The notes beneath the pieces were generated by a model. The model ran no database searches and was not told the origin of the DNA. It worked only from the letters and a program-made list of their open reading frames with translations. This document shows, piece by piece, positions 30,689 through 46,079 of a stretch of DNA of 64,000 nt (position 1 is the first letter of the stretch; every line of letters starts with the position of its first letter). This DNA is from the human T2T-CHM13v2.0 reference genome, Homo sapiens. Position numbers and translations under genes: made by a program. The stretch lies in assembly GCF_009914755.1 (NCBI RefSeq), contig NC_060933.1. The stretch is one strand, 5' to 3'.

Positions 30689-32583
30689 TCTTATGGCCAT
30701 CCTCCAATTGGCCAATTACCTATATGAGAAACATATTATCCAAAGGGAAGGTTACCACAGCAGAACCAGAAAGCTGAGCAAAAATATGTCAGATTTTTTA
30801 AATCTTGTGTTTCAAAAGTTGAGGTCTAGAAGGTAGAGCTATTTTAGAAGGTAAAATAATAATCATCATTATAATGACAATAATAAAACAATAGAAGAAT
30901 CTGTGATCTGTTAGAGAATTACCTTCCCTTGTATCCACAAAGAAGTAAAGGTCATCTGAGCTGGTGGAAGACAGGAATGTTGGAAGTCAAACAAAGTAAT
31001 CTAGAAAATGCTAATGAGTGTTCTAAAAGGGGTCCCATCCTCTATCCTTACCAGGCTACGCCCATGAGTGTATGAAGGGGATGAGGGGGTGCAGAATATC
31101 AGGTGGGTTTGAGGGCTATGAAGGCAAAGGGGTTCTGGGCGTCACTTGCTATATAGCACAGGTTGACAGCAAGCATGGTGAGTGATCCTCCCCACTGTGA
31201 AAACAGCCAACTACAGATCCTTTCCTGGCATGTCTAGATCAAAAGAGCTCTAGACAGCTTTCCTCAGATCCTCCAGGTGGAACTGTTGGACATTTCTCAG
31301 GCCCTCTGGAGGCTGGAAAAACTAGCTGACGCACAGAGCCAGCTGGCCTTAAATGACCTTGTGGTGGAATAAAGTGGATGAGGCAGCAGCTGTACTACAC
31401 ACCTGTGAGTCAGGTGGGAATGGAGAGGAAGGAGAGTGATGGACAAGGGCCAAGTGATGCAGCAGGTACCAGATTAAAAAGTGATGGCCCAGCATCAAAC
31501 ATGCCCTTAGCTCCTAGGCCTTACAGGTACATTGGCCCTTTGAGCTAAAATGTTCAGTTAAGAGGTGGGAGGCAGAAAAAAAACTGAAATTGACTAGAGT
31601 TAAGTTTCCACTAACAATGGAACAGAAATGAAATGAAATTCAGTTACAGAAACGTAATAGAACATTAGATACGCTGTGCTCCTAAATTTGTGTGGCCCCA
31701 AATATATCCACTACATACAAATATCAGTAATGTGGTCTCCTTATCTCACTCATAAATGGTACTTTGTAAATCCCAAATCATTGCCAGTTATATTCTTTGA
31801 GCTCTTTCAGTTTTTTGTTTTTGTTTTTAGAAAAATCTGTAAGTACTGTTGCTCCCTTTTGAAAGATTAAGAAACTGATGCTAATGAAGTCAACATAGAC
31901 TCCAAAGCTATGGTCATTCTAATGCCTAAATCCAGGCTTTAGCCCAATTCACTCAGCCCAGCCTCCTTTCCATGATTCTTCAACGAGAACTCATCTCAGC
32001 TCCCAGTGTGGGAAAGCAAGCCAAAGTGGCCCTGGCAGAAGGACTGATAGTGAGACATGGTCTTGGTCCTCCACCCTGCCACCTGGTGGTAAGACCTTGG
32101 AAAGTCACTCTGCTTCCTGAGCCTGTTTCCACATTCCTGAGGGAATCTACTGCCCAGGTTTGTTGTGAGGATGAGCTCTTAGCTTGTAGACATGCTTTGA
32201 GAATGCTAAAGTATTCTAAAAATATAAGGAATTATCATGTAATACCTGAAGGAATGTCTTAGAAGGTGAGCTATGAGAAGAAGTTTCTCTTTACAGACAT
32301 GATGGAGAGTCTACAGAGAAATGAAAGGGATTTAAAATCTCAGCATAAACGTGGTATTTCCCTGTCTATTCTGAAGCACAGAGAGGAGCTTGCCTTACAT
32401 CCATTGAACCTTGAAGTAGTGGTTTTAAAATTACATCCTCAATCTAGAGAGGAGGGTCTTTGACAACTTCATCAGACCGTTGAATCTTCTCTTATCCCCT
32501 AGGGAATGAATGTTCTTTCTCTTTCTCTCTCTTTTAATTTTTCCAGTTTATATGAATAAAAGACAAAGAGAGACAAGCCCAAC

Positions 32584-32586
<3 letters not shown>

Positions 32587-32631
<45 letters not shown>
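32587..32631. repeat. (CA)n microsatellite
   Basis: Direct reading. Confidence 0.97.
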
Positions 32632-32633
<2 letters not shown>

Positions 32634-32929
32634 CTCTGTATTTGAGGTTTCATTCCTATGGGATATCTATCCTAAAAGAGAAGGAGCTTAATTAATTTGA
32701 GAAAAGAGAACTAATGGAAAAGAGGAAAGAGGCAGACAACTTAATCCTTTGAAAAAGGTCAGCCTTACATTCTGGACACAACACAGAACATCCTTTTGAG
32801 CTGTTTGTCCACTGGCTGGGTTTCAGACTTCAGCAAATCCTCCTCTCCTCAACTAGCACTTTTCCAATGTGCTATATGAAGGGTTAGGTTTCAATGGTCT
32901 GAGGCAGACAGCTGTTGATGTATATCAAT

Positions 32930-33420
32930 CTAGCATCTACAACTCCTGTTGCCAGCACCCCAGTTTTTCTTGAGAGTCTATGCCTTCCCCCATCTCAGGG
33001 CCATGCATTTCAGGTGTAGCTGCCTCCTGGTGCAAGCTCCAAGCATGGCTGTCTCTGGGATGAGCCCAGTTAATCCCCCTGACCAGCAATTGGTGCAGGG
33101 ATAAATGGGCATGAGAACCAAGTTGGCACAATGAGAAGGAATCTGGTGACAGTAGTTGGAGGTACTAGGAAAGAAGTGTTTTTGTCCTGTAGGACTTGCA
33201 TCCAGCCTGCAGCTGGCCCAAGAATGGCACAGTGCTAAGGAAAGCAGAGCTAAGATAAGGAGGGGGATTCCAATGACATTGCTTGAGTCCTTCAATCCAA
33301 TTTTCTCCAGACTTCCACTTAAGCCAATGCATTTCCTTCTTCTTTTTTTTTTTTTTTTTTTGCCTATACTAGTTTGAGTTTAGTTTCTATCACTTGTAAT
33401 CCTGAGAATTCTAATCACTA
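32930..33420 (+). mobile_element. Old ERVL LTR (LTR16/LTR33-like)
   Basis: Ends tttctatcacttgtaatcctgagaattctaa; subfamily uncertain. Confidence 0.5.
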
Positions 33421-34166
33421 AAATTTCTAATTGCCCATTCACATCTGAAGAGCTATTAATCTTTGAGTCTCAGATATAGTTTCATTGCATTATTTCATTC
33501 TAGAAGCTTCTTCGTATTGATCTCCTGACCTTTGTCTGTTTCTCAGCTGGTGTGTAGCTGCACTAAGGGCCAAGTGTGTGTTCTGTCTCCCTTGGGTCTT
33601 GTTCAGAGAGCCTAGTCCAGAGCAGGATTCCTATCCCTGGTTCTATCCTTCCCTTCTTCTTTCTTTTTTCTTTATTTACTGAGATGGGTACTTCTGGGGT
33701 GTTGAGCCAAATCAACAGATTCCCTGGGTTCTCCCTCAGTTTTTTAAGAAACATAAACTGAAAAACTAGTCTGTGCTATAACGTGTCACAGGTGACTTAA
33801 TAAAGCTAAGTACAGCATACAGTAAAGATACTGTATGGAAAAGAGGGTCACCTGCGGGGAGGGAAAAGGCTTCATAAAGGAGATGTCTCTGGAAAGATGT
33901 TCACTTGTTTGCTTCATAGACTTCGAAAGCAATTCTTTCTAGGCAGAGAGAAGGTACAAGAAAAGGTTCTGAGGCATGAAACATGCAGGCAAGTTCATAG
34001 AACTCCATCTAATCAGCTCCATTAGGCTGTAGTGTAGATTGAAATGAAGCGATAAGAGATGTGGCTGGAGAAACTGAAAAGGGACCACAGAAAGAAGAGC
34101 ATTGAATGCCAGGCTGAGTTTAGCCTATGTGGCAATGTTTCCCAAGTGTATTTTCAAGATACCCCA

Positions 34167-34176
34167 ACACACACAA

Positions 34177-34212
<36 letters not shown>
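34167..34212. repeat. (CA)n microsatellite ~0.75 kb downstream of the ASTN2 exon
   Basis: Direct reading. Confidence 0.95.
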
Positions 34213-34215
<3 letters not shown>

Positions 34216-34947
34216 AAAAAGTCAGGCTCCCGGGACCTAATCTCCTCTCTAGAATAAAAGCTTCTAGAGGTAGAACCCTGTATCTTAGGTCATTCTTATA
34301 AAACCATCAGTTTTGGCACACCCTTCTAAAGCAACAGGAACCCTCCCGCATCTTCTTGTGTGACCTTGTCCCACGCTAGATACTAAAATTCCAAGCAAAC
34401 AAGGCTGCCTCTCCCTTCCTTCATGTCTTTGCTTGGCTGTCTCCGCTCTTTCCCTAATGTAAGTTGACTCATCTTTTGAAGCCAAAGCCAAAGCCAAAAG
34501 CCAACGTCCCAAGGAAGCCTTCTACGAAACTGAGGTCCCAGCTGAAACTTTCTCTTCCGGACCACACCAAAGCACCTGTCCATACTAGTTACACCTCATT
34601 GACATCCCGCCTACTATTGTATTCACAGAGGTAAGGCATGCCCTGTCTTACTCTCAAATGGACTGTAAGCTTCTGAAGGTCAGAAGTTCTCTAAGACCTA
34701 TTGTGTGGTGGGCACTTAAGTTATAATATCTTGTTTCATTCTTCCAACAATTCCAAGAGGTAGGTTTAATGATCTCACTTTACAGGTGAGGAAACCAAGG
34801 TAGGCTGGCATACTGAAGGCCGCAGAGGCAGATAAGGGTAGTGTGGATATGATCCTCCTTACCAGCGTTCCCTCGCAGGGCAGGGCTTCTAGCAGGTGGC
34901 CTTAGCCCCTGGGCCACTGCCATGTTCCCGGGCCAATGGGCACTTAC

Positions 34948-35098
34948 CACACATCCCGAGGAATCCACCTGCCGGTCAGACACACACTTGAAGTTGCGAG
35001 TGCAGCCCCCATTGTTCCGAGAGCAGTCACGAACTGGCCCGAAGGAAGACAGCAGGTCATTGATGGTTTCAAAGTATGTGGACAGCATCGCTTCTTCC
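34948..35098 (-). CDS. ASTN2: Internal coding exon of astrotactin-2 (start of an EGF-like repeat)
   Basis: Minus strand reads tttctctccAG|G GAA GAA GCG ATG...GGA TGT GTG|GTAAGTG. 151 nt = 1 nt + 50 codons: [51 protein letters not shown] recognise this peptide as ASTN2 (ASTN1 differs in this stretch, from memory). The neighbouring exons are not seen in the window. Confidence 0.96.
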
Positions 35099-36464
35099 CT
35101 TGGAGAGAAAGGGGATGGTTAAACCCCAGAGACATTTGGATCCTTAGATTAAAAAAATAATAATGTGAATTCATTACATTTGAAACCATAACTTACTTAT
35201 AATCAGGAAAACAATAATAATCAATATTATAAAAAGGAAACAACAACAGGTATACCATCATATGACACGGTGCTTGTCAAGTTGTGATACAGAGAAATGG
35301 ACCTAGAACTCTATACTCTTTATTTTATTAATACTTATGATTCTTGGAGGTAGTCATGAGATGTGCACTTTACCATAAGGGAACTAGGCTTAGCAAGGTG
35401 AAGTATCTTGCTGAAGGCCAGCAGCTTACAATGTGACCGAAGTGAAGTTTGTATTAACTTCCAGCTGAGTCCAAAGAGAAGGCTCTTCTCACTGCCTAAC
35501 TCTTAGCTTGCATCCTACCTGTTTCTACAGATTTCAGAGCTCCCTATAGCAACTCTGCAATTGGGCACATCCCTATTATTCCAACTTTGTGAATATAAAA
35601 TTGAAACCATGAAAGATTGTGGGACTGACTCCAAATCCCACAGTCTATAAATAGCAGAGCCAAGACACAAACGCAGGAGTCTGACCCTCCAGGGCCCTAG
35701 ATCCTTATTTTTCAGACTATTGTGTATAAGTCACTCCATCAAGACTATCAGCAACAGTTGTTGGAAAGGTCATGGGATTCCAGGGAAATACGTGATTCCT
35801 CCCAAATGAGGTTCTCAAAAGATAAGACTAGACTTGATACCATAATCCATGGATCTGCCAACATTTTATGAGATGGAATTCTCTACAATGGAGGATACAG
35901 ATGGGAGCCTCTGATGCTGTCTTCTGCAGAAAGGGCCCGAAATAAGAGATACATTTGCTCTGGGGTATATGATTCCCATACTTACAGGAGATTTTAAAGA
36001 AGCACCATGGGCAGTGAGAAGCGGCACATATCCTTCCCTGGTCTGTGCCTCATGAGGCCCAGAGCTGTGAAGCAAGGGAAATGCCTGCAGACACACATGA
36101 AGCAGGAAGAGGCTAGCAAACACTAGAGGGGGTGTCTCTGCACCATCTTGCATACCTTCTCCCATTCTTCTCCACCTCAGGCTTGGACCAGGTTTGAAAC
36201 TCCTAATTCATTTCCTGCCTCCAGTCTTATCCCTTCTGTCCCATCTTTCATACTGACTGTCAGTGAACTTGGTAAATCCCAGCTCTAATTAGATACTCCT
36301 CTGATCAATAGCTTCCCAGTACTTAGAGAAGAAATATAAATTAGCTTCTCTGGCATTCGGACTTCATAATCTTGCCCCCAGTTACCTGTCCAGCCACATT
36401 TACCCTCTCCTCACATCTCTATCCACTAGGCACAGGCCTCGTCTCATTCCCTGAACACAGAATC

Positions 36465-37120
36465 TCTGAAAACAGGTTCTAAACTGGAAAGTTACATGCA
36501 GGAGGTTTATTGCCGAGCCCTCTTGGGAGATGCATCTAAAGATGGTGAGGAAGGGCTGGGCATAGTGGCTCATGCTTGTAATCTCAGCACTTTGGGAGGC
36601 CTAGGAAGGAGGCTTGATTGAGCCCAGGAGTTCAAGACCAGCTTAGAAAATGAGGCAAAACCCTGTCTCTACAAACATTTTTTAAATTACCAGGGTTTAG
36701 AGGAGGCTGCCTGTGGTCCCAGCTACTCGGGAGGCTGAGGTGAGAGGATCTCTTGAGCTACAGTGAGCCATGATCAAAACACTGTCTCAAAAAAAAAAAA
36801 AAAAAAAAAAAGGCAAGCAAAGAAGGCAGGATTTGGTAAAGAGAGAGACTGATCTACAGTGCGGGTCTAAAGTATCAGTTGTTCCTGCAGGGAGCTCTGG
36901 AGCTGAGAAGGCCCTTTATGGATGTCCTGAATTAAAGCAAGGAATCCAGGCCTTTGCATCCCCACAGTAGCCAGTCATTGGTGGGGCTGCTGTCTGGAAT
37001 GGGATATACTAGGATAAACCAGTTCCCTGAGGCTGAAGGCAATGCCTAGTCACTGACAGCCACAGCTGGTGGGTGGGTGGGCTGGCCCTGAAGAGGGGAT
37101 CTGTGTGTGGTACCTGCAGG
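36465..37120 (-). mobile_element. LTR16-like ERVL LTR interrupted by an internally deleted AluJ (~36554-36810, +)
   Basis: catgcaggaggtttattg...; gggagctctggagctgag...ccaggcctttg...ccagtcattgg. Confidence 0.6.
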
Positions 37121-37979
37121 CACCTCTCTCAATCCCAAATCATGCTCTTCCTTCTGCCTGGGATGCCCATTTCCAAATGCTTACGTGAAGAAATCCTAAG
37201 AATCTTTGAAAACTCTTCATATTCATTCATTCATTCATTTATTCATTGTACAAGCTTACTGAGTGTTTACCATATACCAGGCACAATGCTAGGTGCTGGG
37301 GATACAGCAGTGACATCAGGCAAGATCCTGACTCCCAATCTCCACAGTAGCTTTATGTTACCGCCTTTGTGAAACCTTCTCTGTTAATTCCCCCTACTAG
37401 AATTAATTCCTTTTCCCTGTGAGCATAGTGGCTAAATCTTTTAACTTATTGATCTTAATTATCAGCTTCACAGTCTCCCAGAGAGACTATAAGCTTTTAA
37501 AGGAAAAGGCTCAAGATTTATTCATTTCTCTTTAGTCCCCAGCACAGTCTGGAAGGAAAGTGTGCTAGGTAAACATTTTCAAATGAAACACAGAAAACAC
37601 CCAAAGGCTTAGACGCAGTCTTCACCAATGAGTACTTTTACTAAGAACCTCCTCAGCAGGGCACTCCTCTCTGTCTCCCCAACTCTGGGTCCCCATTCCA
37701 AATCCTTTGTGTTCAGGGATGCAGCACAGGGACAAAGGAGAAGGGTGAGGTGCTACAGGATTATCCCTTGCTTCCTAACTTTGTAGGGAGTGAGGTGACA
37801 GGTTTATGGGAGGAAAGAATTAATAGTTCCTGAAATGAAGCTCTGGGGAGACTTGCCACTTTTGAATCATGAAGAGAGTTGAGGATCCTGGGAAGACATT
37901 AAGCCTATTAAAATATTAATACCCTAGAAGGGAGAAGAAGAAACAGAAAGTAAGAGGAGGAGATAAGGCAGAGGGACCA

Positions 37980-39039
<1,060 letters not shown>

Positions 39040-39226
39040 TCAAGCTATAAAAATACAAAAGCTGTCCACTTTTAAAAGGATTGATTCTGCATAAACATCA
39101 GTTACATGAGGGGAACATTACTTAAAACACAAAGACCTGACACAGGGGCCGTTACTAAGTCAAGAGAAGTGATTGTGTCAGGCTAGGGAATGAAGAATCT
39201 GAGCGCAAGACAGGAAAAAAAAGCTT

Positions 39227-39282
39227 AAAGCAGACACTGGCGTTTTCTTAACTCAAAGCAGACACTGGCGTTTTCTTAACTC
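39227..39282. repeat. Perfect 28-bp tandem duplication
   Basis: (aaagcagacactggcgttttcttaactc)x2. Confidence 0.98.
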
Positions 39283-39955
39283 GGGGGCTCAATCCTTCAT
39301 CTCACTTGCGGAGCCCAGGGTTTAGGGTCTGTGGGATCTTAGAGCTGCCCCAATCTTGGGGTGGGGAGTGGGAGGCAGCAAAGAGATGAATGGAAGAGCA
39401 CTGGGGGCGGAGGCAGGCTGGACTGAGACACTGCCCTGGGGCATCAGGATACCAGTGTGAGAATCCCAGCTTTGCCAGCAATCACCAAAACTACCAACAT
39501 CCTCTTCATTATTTAGGATTTCCTGGGCACCTGCTATGTGTTAAGCATGGTGCAAGGTTCCCTTCCTGTAATATTCCCTGTGATTTTCACAAGAGCCCTA
39601 GAAATGACAGTTTTATACCCAATGTGCAGCTGGAGAAACAGGGGCTTAGGGAAGTTATGTCACTTGCTCCAGTTCTCAATGGCGTGATGCAGTGAGGCCA
39701 GGCTGTGCACTCGAATCTGCCTGACCTCAAGTCCTGAGTTAAACTTTAACAACTTACCCTGTGTCTTGGGCAAGTCAGAGCCCTCCTAACAGTAAGGCCC
39801 GTAAGAATGTGTGTTCAATCTCTCTGTCTTAGCAGAGGAGGACAGAATGGGCAGAGCCTGAGAGTTCTTTGTGTACCTCCCACAGCCTGATTCCTGGGCC
39901 ATGCATGTGGTCCACAATAGCCTCAATCCATGCAGGAATAGAAGGGGAAAGCATA

Positions 39956-40710
<755 letters not shown>

Positions 40711-41004
40711 GGCACAGGGGAATGTGCTCACATTCGCATGGTAGGACAGAGCCAGGACTAAATAAAACACCTCAGTCCTTGATTCTTATCAAAGTGTTCC
40801 TAATACTGCACTGGCTCTTCTCACTCTAGACACTTCATGTTTCATTGTGGTCCTTACAAGGTTTGAAAAATCTTAGGGAAAGGATCATGATGAAGTCACT
40901 CTCCATATTATCTGTGCCTTTATTTGGGAGGAGAAAAGACCAACTTTAATTAAATACCTACCACACTCCAGCAACCGTGTAGAGGGTTTTCAACCACTCT
41001 ACAG

Positions 41005-41535
41005 AACAGAGCTTGGCAAACTTTTCTGTACAGGGCTAGATAGTAAAGATCTTAGGCTTTGCAGGCCATACAGTCTCTGTCCCAATCACTCAACTCTGCT
41101 TTTGTAATACACAAACAATCATAGACAATATGCAAAAGAATGAATGTAGCTATGTTTCAATAAACCTGTATTAAAGATGGGTGTAGTGGCTCATGCCTGT
41201 AATCTCAGCTCTTTGAGAGACTGAGGTGGGAGGATCGCTTGAGCCCAGGAGTTCAAGACCAGCCTGGACAACAGAGTGGGATCCCATTTCTATAATTTTT
41301 TTTTTTTTTTTTAATTAGCCAGGTGTAGTGGTGTGTGCCTGTAGTACCAGTTACTCAGGAAGCTGAGGTAGGAGGATTGCTTGAGCCTGGCAAGTTTGGG
41401 GAGGTGGGGGTCAAGGATTTCAGTAAGCTGTGAGCATGCTACTGCACTCCAACCCATGTGACACAGTGAGACCCTGTCTCAAAAAAAATAAAAAATAAAA
41501 AATACTGTATTTACAGAAAGACACAGCCAGATAAA
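41005..41535. mobile_element. MER58A split by an AluJ (~41177-41502, +)
   Basis: ttggcaaacttttctgta...gccatacagtctctgtc...tcaataaac, resuming tgtatttacag after the Alu. Confidence 0.8.
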
Positions 41536-42330
41536 TTATTTTCTGTTTTAGGTGTGAAAACCCTGAAGTCAGTGTTGGAGTTAGGAGTTGAACCCAGGTA
41601 GGTCCAACTCCACATTCTTTCTCCTACATGAATCTTCTGAAACTCAGCCTTCTCATCTGTAAAATGGGAACAATATCTGTCTAATTCTCAACTCTGTAGA
41701 TGACTATGAGGATATAATAACATGATATAGAAATGTGTTTTCCAAACTCTAAAACCTAATGCAAACTTATTCATTGTTTATTCATTCAATAAATATCTGA
41801 GTACCTGCTGCATGCCACATACTGAGCTGATTATTATTATGGCTTTTCTTTGGCCTCCCAGCAGCTGTTTCTGTTCCTATATAACCCAGACATTGTGCAA
41901 AAGGTTCCAAACATCTCTCTATCTCTGACATACAAATTATTATTATTTTTTTCTGTTAATACTGGCTCCAAAACAGAGATAGCCAGACCCCACCAGACTG
42001 GGTGAGACAGCCATCCCCTAATTACCTGACCGGTAAAGTACAAATGCGTCACCTGGATTCCATTTGGCTGAGTCAGCCCAAGCCTGATGCAGGGTGAGCA
42101 TTAGGCAGGGTGGCTGGGAACAGATGCTGACATGGCCTGCTGTTAATAAATACCAGGAAAGGTCTGTGTCACTCATAGAGAGATGTGAATGGATGATGCC
42201 AAGCCAAGACAGTGACAAGTCCCTCACTGATGCAGATTAATCATTCTCTGGTAATAGCCGACAACCTTGTTTCCTGAGCTACCTGGGAAGGAGGAACCTA
42301 AGACAATGTACTGATAAAAATCAAGCTCAG

Positions 42331-43170
<840 letters not shown>

Positions 43171-43329
43171 GTGGCTCCCCCTGCCCTGGGATTTAGGGAG
43201 CCTTCTCAGCCCCTAATAGCATGAGCCACAGTGTAGAACAGTAGATAAGAGGGCAAGTTTGTCTGGAGTCAGACTGCCCTGAGGAGGAATCCCAGCTTCA
43301 CTCAGTATGAGACCTTGGGCAAGCCTCTT

Positions 43330-43560
43330 CTTTTTGAGACAGAGTCTCACTCTCTCACCCAGGCTGGAGTGCAGTGGCGCGATCTTGGCTCACTGCAACC
43401 TCCGCCTCCCAGTTCAAGCAATTCTCCTGCCTCATCATTCCAAGTAGCTGGGACTACAGGAATGTGCTACCATGCCAGACTAATTTTTGTATTTTTAGTA
43501 GAGATTGGGTTTCACCATGTTGGCTAGGCTGGTTTTGAACTTCTGACCTCAGGTAATCCA
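43330..43560 (-). mobile_element. 5'-truncated AluS inserted in a MIR
   Basis: 21-bp TSD gagaccttgggcaag(c/t)ctctt at 43309-43329 and 43561-43581. Confidence 0.92.
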
Positions 43561-44984
43561 GAGACCTTGGGCAAGTCTCTTAAACCCTGAGCCTCAATTT
43601 TCTCATCTGTAAAATGGGGATATTAATACCTAACTAGCAGAGGTAGCATGAGTGATAGATTAGGGAGCAAATGTGTCAAATGCCAGGCACACAGTAAGTG
43701 CCTAACAGCTGGTAATAAGTGGTATCATCTGAAAGTCCCTCAAAGTTGCAAGAACCATGCCTTGAGAATGTTGAGAAGCTCAATGTAGGAGAAGGGATGA
43801 AAGATCTGAGACCCCACATGGTCCATTTACTCAGTTAAAAATGTTTCTTTGGTGCTAGGCTTGTTCTGGGTACTCGGCTGGGTTCCTGGGAGACACAGGA
43901 ATGGATGTAACAGAGCTTGTGCTAGGCAGGAGGAAAAACACTAAGCTAGCAAGATAAGTGAGGCCACAGGACCACAAAGATGACTCTCTCTCTCTTGCCA
44001 GACCTTGGAAGTAGGAGCTCAGAGAAGGCTTTTTGGAGGAGGTAATGTTGAGCCTGAGACATAAAGGATGGGTGGAAATTAGGTAAAGGGGGATAAATAG
44101 AGTGGGTTAAAGAAATTCTAGGGAGAAGGAAAGAATATGCTAAGGCCTAGAGGTAGGAGATAGAATACCCTGATTGAGGGGCTTCAAGAGATGCAGAAAA
44201 GCTGGACTGTCAAGGAGGAGGTGAGATATGGCAAAGGCTGAAGCAGAAGGAGTGCCAGGAGCCAGGCTAGAGAAGATTCCTGTGTGCCAGGCCATGGTGA
44301 TTCTGGACTTTACCCTGGAAGCTATGGACTGCCACCCAAAGGTTAAAAAGCAGATCCTGCTTTTATTTAGAGTAATATCATAGATGAATAGTTTACACAA
44401 ATCCTTATGGCAATAATAGTTAATGCTGATTGTGCATTCATAATATGCCAATAAATGGTTTAAGCACTACATGTATCAACTCACTTAATCCTCCCCCAAA
44501 ACACAATGATGTAAATGATACATCCCCATTTCATAGGAGAAAGAAACTCAGGCACCATTTTGAGGCTGTTTTGAGACCTGTTAAGGATAATGTAGGTAAA
44601 GCATTAGGACAGTGCCTGGCACATGGTGACTGCTTTATAAGGATTTCTTGAAAAACAGCTTCCAGGGGAGGGATAGGGTGAGGTGGCACAAGCCACAGGT
44701 AGGTAGATTTGAGCTTTTCCAAAGCCAGAGACATTCAGCAAGGGAACACTGTCTTCCAAGTTACTGCTCCAGCCTTCAGGAATGCATACTGAGGAGGCAT
44801 GGCCATTTTCCTGGGATAGTTGTGGCGGGAGTCAGGCCTCCAGTGCAGAGGGTGTACAATATCATGGTGATAACAACATTCACATGGGCTAATTATCTAC
44901 TGAGAATTTATGACATGAGAACTTTGGCTTAACATAGATTATCTCATTTAATAATTGCCTATGGGATTGTGCTATTATCCCTGT

Positions 44985-45380
44985 TGATATGGTTTGGCTG
45001 TGTGTCCCCACCCAAATGTCATGTTGAATTGTAATCCTCAATGTTGGAGGAGGAGCCAGGTGGGAGGTGATTGGATCATGGCAGAGTGGGGAGGCAGTGG
45101 ACTTCCCCATTACTGTTCTCGTGATAGTGAGTGAATTCTCACGAGATCTGGTTGTGTAAAAGTGTGTAGCACTTGCTCCTTCACTGTCTTCCTGCTGTTC
45201 CAGCCATGTAGGACATGTCTGCTCCCCCTTCCCCTTCTATCATGTTGTAAGTTTCCTGAGGCCTCCCCAGCTATGCTTCCTGTACAGACTGTGGAACACT
45301 GACCCAATGAAACCTCTTATCTTTATAAATTACCCAGTCTCAGGTAGTTCTTTATAGCAATGCAGAAACAAACGAATGCC
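44985..45380 (+). mobile_element. MSTA-type MaLR solo LTR in a MIR
   Basis: tgatatggtttggctgtgtgtcccc...aaattacccagtctcaggtagttctttatagca; TSD cctgt/tctgt. Confidence 0.9.
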
Positions 45381-46079
45381 TCTGTTTTTTCAATTTGAAA
45401 AGAAATGTACACACTCAGATGCAGGACTTGGCATTTACAGAGGTGAGAGGACTGGCAGTGAGTCCTAGTGACAGAGCTGGGTTCCACCCTGGGTGTATCT
45501 GACTTCGGACTCTTTAGTGTCCTGCCTTTCTCTTTAAGAAGTCTTTCCACCCAGAGATTCTGGGACTGGTGTTTTAGCTGACACTTAACATTCTCCTTCC
45601 TCTAGCAATTATGGTTTGCACTAATTTAGGTTGATATATATATATATTGCTGTTCAGAGTGGTCTCATAACTTCCTGGGAGTGTCTTGTGCTTCTGAGTA
45701 GCTTGTTAGCTTCCTGCATGCCTAGAGTCCTCCTCGGTCACATCCCTTAGTGCACTGGGCATGCTGCAGCTGTTCGCTGAATAAGGGCAGGTGTTGAAGG
45801 AAGAGAAGAAGGGCACAATAAGGCCCATCAGCTGTGCAGTCTTTAGAACAAAGAGAAAATGATTGTAATGTCTGTTGTCCATCTGTGTGATGGAGGCAAT
45901 AATATTCAACTCACAGAATTGTGGGTCAGAATTCAAAGAGTTAAAAGATATGAAAGTCTCTTATCACCAGGCTCAAACAAATAAAGATCCTCAATAAAGA
46001 GCTGTTGTGTTTTGGAAATGAGTTTGTGCATTTCACAGATATTGACCCAGCACTCACCCCTGGAGTTGGAGGTTGGGTA

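Noticed and set aside
34780-35088. 102-aa ORF as a stand-alone gene
   Set aside because: It is the ASTN2 exon read from an internal Met through the GT donor at 34947 into intronic MIR sequence
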